In this document: positions 34,901-46,900 of the stretch, piece after piece
How positions within the stretch are numbered: position 1 is the stretch's first letter
How the letters are laid out: each line of letters starts with the position of its first letter
Source: Nageia nagi
Lineage: Eukaryota > Plantae > Pinophyta
Direction: 5' to 3'
NCBI GenBank assembly: GCA_050084985.1
Contig: JBITNC010000001.1
Coordinates: 10,602,001-10,666,000, forward strand
DNA: 64,000 nt
Program-made: the position numbers and the translations under genes
The notes under the pieces: model-generated
The model's database searches: none
What the model saw: the letters and a program-made list of their open reading frames with translations, nothing else
What the model was told of the DNA's origin: nothing

Positions 34901-37900
34901 ACATCCTCTGAATCAAACAATCTTTCAAAGAGAGTAGTTCTTTTGGTATTACATTGTTTTTAAGTTGAATGACATCTGATTCTTGGAAACAATTAGGCAT
35001 TTCTTGAGTACCAAAAGTGTGAGCCACTGCTTCATCTACAAGGAAGTTGACAATATGTTCATCGGAGTCAAATACCTACCAGAAGTTTGCAACATCGGGT
35101 ATTGAAGGCTCTTGAACTTGACTTCAAGAGCTTCTTTATGATGGCGGGTTATAACGTGCTCCTCTTCCAACAAGTGCATCAGCTATTTGGTTGTGCCTTC
35201 TAGGAACAGATACAAAATTGATAGCAAAAAATGACTTCAATAAATCCCACACTGTTCCTATAGTTCTTCAGATAATGGTGCTTTGCATTGATTTGATTTT
35301 TCACTTGCTTGATGACCAATTCTTAATCACCATGGACAATCAGGCATCTAATACTTATATTGATTGCTTTAAATAACCCTAAACAAAGGGTTTCATACTC
35401 AGTAGCATTGTTTGTACAGGTCCATGTGAATCGGAAGGAGAATCTTTGGTAGTCCCCTTGGGAGATTTGAAGACCACTCCAGCTCTACATCCATGGTCTA
35501 CATCGGGAACTATCAAAATACATCGTCCATACCTCATGTTCTTTATCAGCAGTAATTGAAACCGAATAAACTTTCTCATATAAACAATAATTGCTTATGT
35601 TGGCATCTGTGACCTGATAATTTAGATCATTAGCTGATAGAACTTCGGTTGTCAGTAGTGATTCCTTAGTGTGTCACTTTCAAATATCTCCACTGGTTGT
35701 GGATCATTTATATAATTTACTTTATTGATTCTTTTGAGATGAACAGTTTTAGTGCCTTCATTCAGAATCTTCACCTGTTTGTTTTGGAAAGGAAGTAAAA
35801 GATGACTATAGTTAAGGTTAGGTACCCTCCCAATTTAGATAAATTCTCTAGAAAGACAAATTTCGAATAGAGGTAGAAGATCAACTACAATAATGTCTTG
35901 GACAACAGAATATCAGGGAAGGCATTCAAGGTTATTTGAACATCTTTAACATTACCAACATGATCTACCGAGGAAGAATCTAACTGTATTACACCCAATG
36001 CATCTTGTAATGTACAATTTCATTTCGTCTACAACAGCTTTAAGGATAACAGTTATGGCAGTTCCAGTATCAATCATACAATTGTTTACTACCTAGCCTT
36101 TTAATCTCAGGGATAAATAGAAAGGTGGGGGTCTTGTTACACCTATTAGAGCTGAAGGGACTACTTGAGACACAACATAGACAAGATTTTCTTCATTTGT
36201 CTTCTTTTTACTGTTTCTTAATTTTAAAGTTTCTTGCAGAAGATCTAATTGACCTGGTATATTTAATGAATCAAACATTGTCATCTTAGGAGTTTTCTTC
36301 AATTTTTTCACAATATTATACGGAGCATATGAGATGGACTTACTTGGTTCTGTTTGCTGATGTGTTCTGAAATGTTGAGTGGCATTTTCTTTATGATAAT
36401 TAGTGATGAAAGGATATTTCAACGTATCGGGTCTTTCTTTCTCCGGGACTCTTTTCTTGTTACAGTGGGGTTTGTTTCACTCGGGGCACTAGTACCTGGG
36501 TTTGACGGAACAGTACCCGGACTTGATGGAATAGTACTCGGGTTAAATGGGACTTGATGACGGTTCTGAGGTTGAGCTAAGGGATTCTTAGCTTTCTTAG
36601 GTTTAGGTTGGGCTTGAGTGGGAGATCGATACTGCTAAGTGCTTGAGGTTGCTATGGGGCTGCTGAAGAAGTTGCTTTGGTTTGGACACAATTTGCTTGT
36701 TCTCCAGCATATCTCGGAACCCAAAAGTTAACCATTGTGAGGTCAGCAGCAGGATCTGAAGCAGGTTCTACCATCTGGTTCAGAATGTAACCCCAAATAC
36801 TGATGTTGATATACCGTGCATGAATATGGAAAATGAGAAGCTGAACATGGTGGACACCATTCCTCAATACCCGAAGCAACACTATGTGTAGAACTGGTCA
36901 TAACAACAATCTCAATTGTTTTAGGAGGATTAGATTGTTCTGGTTGATTGACCTTGGGTTGGAATCTTGGTTGATACTGATTATCGTATCTTCTGTAATT
37001 AAAACCATGATTCTGCCTTTCTTGCAGAGTGAGTTTGTTGGTTAGATTTCTGATAGTTATCTTCAATTGCCTTATTCTCTCCTCTTCTTGAGATTTAGGT
37101 TCAGTACCAACGCTTGTGGATGCAAGAGCAGGTAATGTTGGTAGCTGATTTTGAACAGTAGGTTTGGGAGGAGGTGGTAAGGCCAGAACTGCAGGGTGAC
37201 CTATTTGTGGAGCCTACTTGGGAGGTAAACTTGGAAATACAGGCATGATTGTTTTGGGCTGCATTTTACCAGAGGATACCAAGGTATGTTCTGCTGTCTT
37301 TGCTGTTTGGTAAAAATCTGGGAATGTATCTCCTGACATAACAATAAGCATATTGAGGTTAGAAAGAAAAGCTTTTCGGTAATATATCAGAGCTTGAGCA
37401 TTTGTCGGTTTAATCTTTGTTGGTATGGATTTCAATTTTCTCTCAAATCTGATATTAAAATCATCAATACATTCATGCGGATGTCTTTTGATTCATGCAG
37501 AACGTGCTATCATCGCCATCTGCAGAAAATCTTTTAATCAGGGCCTAACAAAACTCTCCACATGAATTTATAAATTGGGGGGTGAGAGTTCTGAACCATT
37601 TAGCTGCTTTGCCTTCAAAAGAATGTGACAATAACCTTGTCATCACAGTTTCATCAGTAATGTTGAAGCTTGAAGCTAAAATGATACATCTTGACAGTGC
37701 TCATATGGCGTCTTTTCGGAGCCATCATACTTAGGCAAAACGTTAAAAGCTGCTTGAGGTATAGGCGGTGAATTAGCAGCTACAATCAAAGGATGACTAT
37801 TATTCCCAGGCAAGAAAATCCACTGGTTGAGCCATACTTGGAGAATGTACAGGAGGCAAAGGATTTTCTGAGAATGAGTCAAATACAATTGACAAAGGGG

Positions 37901-40900
37901 TAGCCCTTAAAGGGATCAAAGGAGACACAACCCGAGATATCTTTCGTCTAGTCCTCTTGTAAGGAAGTGACATCTCTTGAAATCTAGGCTGTCTAAGGGA
38001 ATTTCTGGCACTACTTCTAGTTAGTTTATGTTTTGAAGGTGCCAAGGTTCAAAAAACATTTGATTGGTTAACAGAAGAGTCGCCAATGAGGTTACAAAAA
38101 CCTTATAATCTTGAAGGATCAATTTGATAACCTACCAGACGAGGCTATCAGGCCTAACAATGCCTACTAAATATGATATTTAGCTCGTGTCCCATCGGGC
38201 GTGCCAAAAATGGAACTTTTTACTGTTGATCGGTATAGCGTAACCTCAAGGGTTTGGTCTGGTTGTGTTCTTCACTTCCCGCAATGCTAGGTTCCTTGAA
38301 AGAGCTGAAGGTGGTGGGGATGTGCCCGTGTTGGTTTTCTGCTCAATCTTTGGTTTATAGGTTGGTTCCTATCTATATTTAAGGTCAAAAGTAACAGGAA
38401 AGGAATAAGGAGATGAAGAGTTATAGGAAATTATGGTTGATAGACATTATGTTCGCTTGGATCGAGAAGAATTGCCACTGTTATGTGGAAATGAGTTGTT
38501 GTCGACACATTAACAAGGCCCCAGGGGTCAAACACTTAAGATGAAGTGGACCTGGGTGTTCTTTCTCATGCACTACTTTTTCACTTGCTTGGTGGGCTCT
38601 ATGTTCTTCTTCTGGGCTCTATTGATGATTTGGTTCTTCCGAGACTTGTTTATTTTCATCAAAAACTATGACGTGATCCTTCAAAATCCCCGGGCTCTGT
38701 TGATATTTTGATTTCGTTGGGACCCGCTGATTTTAGCCGAAAATCATGATATCATCTCTCAGGATCGACGGGCTCTATTGAAATTCTAATTTCTTCAGGA
38801 CCCGTTGATTTTCACAAAAAAGTGTGACATCACCTTTTGAAATCGTTGAGTTCTGTTGATGTTTTTCAAAAGTTTGCACCCACCATTGCTTGTTTCGGGA
38901 CCCGTTGATTTTTACCAAAATTTGTGACATCATCCTTCAAAATCGCCGGGCACTATTGATGTTCTTCAAAAGTGGAACTCTGAATGTGTACAAGTTTTGG
39001 ACATTTGTGCTAACAACTCCTAGAGACTCTAAGGCAACAAATATGATTTCAAGAATTTTTACATACATGACTTCTTGAGTATACTGGAGAAGATGACATG
39101 ATTCTTGGGCATTTTCAACTCCCGGTCACTAAAGAAAAGAATATAAAATTGACACAAGTCTTATGACATAACTCTCGGGTAACTTTATTTACATAATCCC
39201 GGGTACTACTAAAAAATGACAAAACTTCGGGGTAACTTTATTTACATAATCCCAGGATACTAAAAAAATGACTTCCGACACCCTAAGGAAAAGAAATGAG
39301 AAAGGGGCGAATTTATAATGAAAGAATACAAAATTTTATAACTCATGAGACTCTAAAAGAATAATTTCCCCCCTGGGTACTCTTATATATACAACTCCTG
39401 GGTAGTAAAGAATAAAATAATGAAGAATGAAAAATAATAGAATTACCCAAATTTTTGAGTGTTATTCTGGAGGAATACACTAAGGAGCAAAGAAGAAGAG
39501 GAAGCAGGTTGAGCACCAAGGTAAGGAGGTTGCCTTTATTCAAGCCACTCCAACGAAGGAAGTCAAGAAGATAAGCAAAGGCAAAGTGCTGGTGCAGAGA
39601 CTCCCTCCCAAGCCAACAATTGAATATCCAAATCTTGACTTGGGTGCCTGTCTAAGAGCTTTGAGCATGAGCACAACTCATGATGAAGAGATTGATCAGG
39701 ACCTAAAGTTTGAGGACAAGGAAGAGGATCTCTCCGATGGTGAAAAAGTTAGAAGAGTAGATACTTTTGGTTCTACTTCAAGAAAAGAGATCTCCATCAA
39801 CCATTGTTACTCCAAGGAGAAATGTACAAAAGGACTTAAGAACTATATGATTGAGACATATAAGATGCTTGTGAAATTAGGTTTGATAGCTAGGAAGCAT
39901 ATTGTCACTCAAAATGCTGCTATCATGGAACAAGAAGGCTATGAAGCCAAGAAGGAGGTGAGAAGATTGAAGAAGGAACTCACAACTAGCAGGAAGATCA
40001 TAAAAGAGTTCCAGACCATAAGTACCACCCTTGTAGAATTGAATAAACAAGCCTCGTTCCATCTAGGATGGAATTTGATGAAGAACTTTTGAAGAAATAG
40101 ATGATGGCGACCATTGAGAAGTTATCGTCTCAAATCTACATCCTCCTAGAGGAAGCTGTTGAAATCAGGGAGTTGAAATTGCAAATAACAATCCTTGTCG
40201 AAAAGCTTAACACCCATCTTCCCATTGTCACCCATTTGTAGCAAATGTTTGCTGACAGACATGAGAAATTGGTCTACTACGATGAGTTCATGTACCAACA
40301 TGATTGGCTAAAGCATTGACTAGACAAATGCCATGCAGTTTTGAAGATTAGAATCTCTTTGAGAAAAGAAGTGGAAGAGCAGATGAGCCAGCATGTATGT
40401 CAACTGAAGTTCCAAGGGGAAGATAACAACGTGCGGAGGAAGGAAGCAGTCTTGGCAGAGGCACAAAATTTAATCCAGGAGCATTTTGAGGTCGAGGATC
40501 TCAATTTACTAAAGGCAGGCCAACCCATTCATCATGAGAGGCAGATGGTCATCTGGAGATTTCAGATGCAGCCTACATCCACGTAGATTGGAGACTACTT
40601 CAGATAGAATGGCAGCATCATGGGTATGATTTCCATGGGATACGGAAGACCATAGCATTCTTGGAGGAGACCATAGAATTGTATGGTCTCACCAACAAAG
40701 AATGGAACTCCGTCGATGCTGGATCAGATCTGGCCTAGATTTGATCCACTCGCAGATTCTGTCTGTGATTATCTTTTTCATGTTAAATGCATATTATTGA
40801 TGGTTGTTGTGTTCAGACTTTTATTTACTTGATTTGACTGGTGCAGGGATGAGGTTTTGCTTCTGCCAGATCAAATATGTCAAACTCATTTTCTCCTGCC

Positions 40901-43900
40901 AGTTTAGATGTCAGACAATTATAGCATATCTGATTTTATTTTGCATAGATTAGACATTTTGCGGCTGTGACATTTATATTTTGTCAGTTTTTAAATGCCA
41001 CTTGCATAGTTATTTGTAAGCAATGAAATTTTGCATTGGTATGTGTGTTGCATGTAAGCACACCACATCAGATTTGATGCCTATAAGGCAACACTTCTAG
41101 TGGCCTATTTATACACCACTTGGGCCATTTAGAAGGGATTTTTGCATAATATTGATTGCATAAGAGGATTATTGCATACTTATGGTTGCATATTGTTACA
41201 TCTTTGGTTCATTTTGAAATATCATATTGAGAGTTTTGCAATCAAGAAAGGAATGCGTCTGTTCATGTTATTGATTATCATTGTGAGTTGATTTCTTTCT
41301 AGAATGGTTATGTAAAGTTAATGCTGTGAAGATTGTCATTCGTGGGATTATGCATATGATCTTGTAAGATTTTCTTGTTGGGTTGAATAGTTTTCACTGC
41401 TTAAGTGCATTCTCTTTGAAAACTACGAGTTTAAAGGGAAGATAGTTGAATATTTTTTGAAGTGGTTTCAATTGTTCATTGCATGATTTGCACATAAGTG
41501 GATGTATTCTATGGCTTATAGCTTATCTCTATGTCATTTAGTTAGAATTTATGTATTCACATGTTGGTCATTCCCTTCATCCATCTTCAATTGAATCTCC
41601 CACCATAGACCCTACAACATCTTGATTTCGTCTGGTAGTAATTTGAGCTTTTGCTATTTGCTGCTTGGCTTGATAAGTGATTACATTTTCTTAAAGAACC
41701 GGGAGATGACCGGCCGAGACATTGCATCATTGGTGACACCTTTATAAGCTTATTATTTATATTCCTATGCATTTATCCCAGCATTTATGATCTTTCTTTG
41801 CTTTCATTCACATTTGCAGTTTTTCCTATTTGTGAAAAAGAATTTTGATAGTAAATTTCCCTTGTATACGGTTAACAACATGCATCTCTATCCATGTGCC
41901 TTGGTCCATATTCCATGTGAGTGCTTGGGGTAACCACTCCTTTCAGGCAGAAACAAGTAATGCTGTTTCCTCTAAGTCTTGTGCATGTTTTGGATGAGGA
42001 AAGAAGAACATACCAATAGATTACTCAAGATTCAATCTGTAATTGAGGATGAGTGATGCTAATGTATAATAGTCTTGCAAGGTTCCCATCTTAGATGAAT
42101 TGTAGTTTAAGTGGATTAATAATATGACCTCCAATTTCATCCCCAAAGCTAGAATAAAAATTACATTATGAACCTGGCAAATTTGTCTGGTTGCTGTTTT
42201 ATATATGGCTATGGTTTTAATTTCACTACTTTGTTTTCCTGCATGTATTTTCTTGTTTAATATGTGTGTTCTGAATTGTCAATCTTTGATTGTCCTCCCA
42301 TATGGCCAGTATATTGGGGTGCTTGTCAGCCATTGTGCAACCCAGACATAAATAAACAATGGACTGCCAATGCTCTGTAAAATTCAATGAAAGGCTAATG
42401 TTGAGCACTTATGTCTCTCAAGGCCAATGGAAATAAGCAAACAAGGTTGAAAACGAAAGAAAATCACAAACCCCTGATTTATTTAATATCTGCAAAGAAA
42501 ATTTAATAAATGTTTGCAGAAATTGCAAAGAGAATATAGTAGGATGATTCTGAGGCTGCACACTAGTTCCTCTGAATGTCAGTATGTACAACTATAATGC
42601 AGGTAGCCTATCAACAGGAACTGCTCAAGTTGCCTAAAATGCCGGCCAATATAGGATAAGCCTCAACATGTATAAGAATCCACATGCCACCAAGAGTTGC
42701 AAAATATTACCGAACAAAATACACCTCCAAATTTAAGGTTTGTTTGCTATGTTGTATGAGTTCTTGATGCATTCGGATGTTCATTACTCATGATATTTTT
42801 TGTTTTGTTTAGAGTTGGCATGATAGGTGACATCTACCTGATTTCAGTTTTATATTTTTCCTTTTTATCCATCAATATGTTTTTGTTCTTGATGCTTGTA
42901 AGTTTTATATTTTTGCTTTTTATCCACGAATAACTCTTTGTTCTTGATGCTTGTAATATTGTTCTATGCAGCCATTTTGGAGAGTATTTCATGAGAATAG
43001 CAGCAGAGGAAGAGGTGTTGTAGGTAAGGAAATTTCTTTGCGCTGTACAAAAACCTACAGAATAAATTTTTGCAAATAGGGAATCAATGCATTTATTTCT
43101 TAGGTAAGAGTGATGCTTCTCTCGTGACATAAATATATGTATTGTTTATATTCTAGTTTATTACTGTCACAGTGATTTAAGTACAATTTGCACAATCATG
43201 AATCTATTCATCTTTTTTTATTCAGGTGTTCTTGAAGCCAATTTTATTGAACCTGCACATGACAAGCAAGATTTTGAAAGAACTGCTGTGTTGCTCAGGC
43301 TTGAAACTCGCTTGAAACTGATGACAATAGAATATTGGTGTGTATTACATCATGATACAACCCTGGATTTTGTTTGCTTATGCTTAGCGCATGTCTCAAC
43401 ACTAAAAAAGTGAGATCTTTTTTTTTTGATTTGATTAAATCGAGTAAATTTGATATTTAATAAAAAAAGCCAGAGTTTTGAAAGGACTTTTGGGAACCTT
43501 GTACATCTGTGGAGTCATAATAGGCTAGCTCATAACTCCTGAAGAAAAAACAACGAAGCATTATATATATTGATAAAACGTAGCAGATCATATGATAACT
43601 GATAAGTAACATTACAAAGTAAAAAACATAGCACATTATAAATGATAAGAATCATAGTAAAAACAAAGCATTCTAAAATGCTTCGTTTTTCATTATAGTG
43701 TCTTAGTATGACCGTTTAATAAATCATTTCACTGCAGATCCAAAAACGTTGAAGAGGTGCTCTGTTTAAGCCCGACAACCCCGTGTTCTCCAGCACCTCG
43801 TACTGTTTGAAAGATGAGACTCTTCCTCGTACCAGATTTGAGCTTTATGATTCATCTTACTTATGCTACGGTCTTCTATCCCAACAAAATTACAAATCAC

Positions 43901-46900
43901 TTTGTACATGTCTAGAAGTGGAGCAGAAGAGCTTCATTTGAGCTCGACATCTCCATGCCCTCCAACACCGTTGTTTGAAAGAGAAGTCCTCTCTCTCGTT
44001 TTAGATACGTACTCCATGATTCATTTGCTAGCTTTATGAGCTCCAACTCTTAGGGTCATTCTTCCTGACAATCTCTACTGGAACTCTCCATTGCCATCAA
44101 AAGATAGCTGCTCCATATCAGTGGAGCAAAGATCTGCTTATAGGTATTGACCCACACAAAAACCCCAAGGTTTCCCCTGCAAATCTGAGAAGCTCTCAGT
44201 GCAAATTAGCATTTAAGCGCAAACCCTTTCTCCTATGGGTTTGAGAAATGTAAAACATGAAAGATAAATCTTAAAATCATGGCTACACATATTTTCATTC
44301 TTGTTCAGCCATGCTCTCCATTCATAACAGCTAGCTGTTGTTCTTTTGATCTGGGCATTGTTAATGCAGCAGCACCAGTATGGGTCTGACAAACATGGGG
44401 TGTGACCTTGTTCTTCTGATCTGGGCATTGTAAACATAGTAGTAGAATCCGCCATTGGAGACTTGTGGGAGCTTAGGGTTTTCAAAATTCCCGCCCATGC
44501 GAGCGGGTGCCCCAAAGTGATATCCTTTTTAAGAGCTTGTATTTTATCATCTTTCTGCAATTTTGAAACTAAACATGAGGCAGCTTAGCTGTTGAGCATC
44601 ACATAATAAAATTTTGTTAGGCCATGCATACATGAATATATGCTGTGTTGTATACTTATTGGTTTTGTCTATTCTATGCATTCTTATTATTTTGTCCATC
44701 CATGTATAACATAGTCACACATAGTACTTGATATTTTTTTTTGGTTGAATCATGAGGTAAATTGTTCTAGGAACCCCCTCACGGTTGTCAGTAGGGTAAA
44801 CTTTTAAAGTCTCTACTATCCACCCGATGGTTGTGGACAGTTAGCTTGACTGTAGTCAAATTGTAGCCAAACTACGACATGTTGAAACAACCGTTGTGAT
44901 TTGAACCTTGGACCTCCCAAAGATCAACCGAAGCTTAATGTATTGCGTTGTTCCCTTAGGGATAATTATGCTGAGAGGCATCCTACAATTGCAGCCAGGT
45001 GAGGGCAAGAACTCATATGCCCCGCCGTTTAACATTTTTTTAACATTTATTATGGCTGACATTAAAAAATAAAAATTAAAAATAATTATTATTTTATGGA
45101 CACACATTCTTTTTGACCTACATTATTGAATTAATATTTTATTCATTTAAATATAAATCAATGGTGGTCGTCATGCACAAGATATGAATATCCTGTCTAT
45201 GTGACAGGTCGCCCTTCATTTGCATCAGGTAAAGTTTGGAAAGATCACATGTGAAGAGCTGGTGAAGTGATCTTAATTGAGGTATTTTGTGACAAAGATA
45301 ACAAGAGTGGGATCGTGGATTAAAAAATCTGAATCTAAAACTTTTGAATTATCAGATTTCAACCAACTCAGTTTTCCAGATCACTCTTAGAAATGCACAC
45401 ATGTAGAATGGTGTCATGCCTGTGAAAATAAGGTCTGTAAAACTTAATCAACGGTTTCGCTGTATTTGATTGGAATTTCAACGCTGGGTACAATACAAAT
45501 AAAAATCAATAGGGAATGAGCACGTCTGATTCTGTTGTTCATTTTAAACATGATAGCCCTAACATACTGGCTTCATGTCAATATATTTTATGTTTAAGGC
45601 ATCTCACAAATAAAGTTAGTAAACTGATATGAATTATATCTATGTCTGCAACCAACAAAATACAAGCAAATGGATGTCTTTTCTGTTGTTGCGTCATTGC
45701 TATAGCTGGCATCTTCCTATGACCCTCCAAATATCACGTTGCTTATCCGATTCTAATTCCACATTCTAAATAAATCCCCTACACTCGACCTTAACTTACC
45801 TATACTATTTCTCTTGCAATGAACAGCACACAGCTTCATTTCGTTTCCAACCACCGTTATTGGCGAATGGAGGCATTGTTGAGGAGATGTGTGATGAATG
45901 GAAGTTAAGGTATCTGTAGTCACCAAATAATGAATTGTAATTAAACAAGACACTATTGTGCTACAAAATGCCAATTGAGATATTATGGAGGAAGATACGG
46001 GTATGCAATTGCCAGATGGGATCAGATACTCTCTTTGTCAGACCTGTTGAGATCTACATGAATTACATAACATGTGGTACCTTTCTTGATATTGGCACCA
46101 ATTACATTAATTATGATGTTTCTTTTGACACTTTCATCACCTTTTTACACTTTATACCCTTGTTACATAAAATATGATTTTATATAAAATAAAAATCATA
46201 TTTAGGTGGCTACAATATCAAAATGCGGCCACTGGGGAAGATATCGTTTTTCATATTTTTTATTACTTTGTAATACATGATATCGTTTTGATATTTGGTG
46301 TGTATATATAAGATAGTTTTATGAAGAATGAAAACATATTTGAAAAGTGCTTTATTTGAATTATTTGTGGAGATTTTACAAGGATTAAGGACTGATAAAG
46401 TTTGTATAATTCTTTCTCCAATGTGGTAATTGTAGTTGATGTCCATGATAATCTATTATATGTTTAAGAAATTGTAATTAAGTTATAAAGTTTATGATAT
46501 TAAATAAAATAAGCAGTTTGATCTCTAATCAAGTTTAATGATAGCTTACAAGATGTAATGTATAATACTGTTAATAATGATTTAATTTTTTAAATAAAAT
46601 ATATACAAGTGAATAAAGTTTAATAGAATCGATTTTATACCTCAAGCTTATAATATACCATACTAGCTTAGATATCTTAAAGACATACATCTAAAACGCC
46701 TAGAGTTATCAATCTCGAGGTGCTTATCTCATTTTCTTGGAAGAGTGACTTCCAAGATAGATGCCTTGAAATTGATATCTGTTGGTTTTTTAGATATATG
46801 TCTTTTAGATATCTAAGGTAGTGATGTGGGATTTCTATTCAATCAAAACAATAGCTTACAGATATCTGGTTTTTGTTTTTCATCTTTCTCATTCTAACAA

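Larger units (their letters stand above)
26446..39479 (-). mobile_element. Element D: Ty3/gypsy Tat-type LTR retrotransposon, 13.0 kb, decayed
   Basis: Two LTRs (TGTTGATC...GGAATACA on the + strand), perfect TSD CTAAG (26441-26445 and 39480-39484), tRNA-Arg-type PBS, and gag-pol on the minus strand. Confidence 0.95.
22237..42018 (+). mobile_element. Element C: giant solo-LTR-like unit (~6.7 kb after removing nested element D) with internal ORF
   Basis: Starts TGTTGTGCCTGCACAACA...GCATTTTTGAGGACCC, like the 5' ends of A and B. Ends GAAAGAAGAACATACCAATA (CAACA>CAATA). Perfect TSD GATTA (22232-22236 and 42019-42023). Confidence 0.88.

Noticed and set aside
44750-45620. Possible MITE in the MORC intron
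   Set aside because: Could not identify matching TIRs or a TSD.
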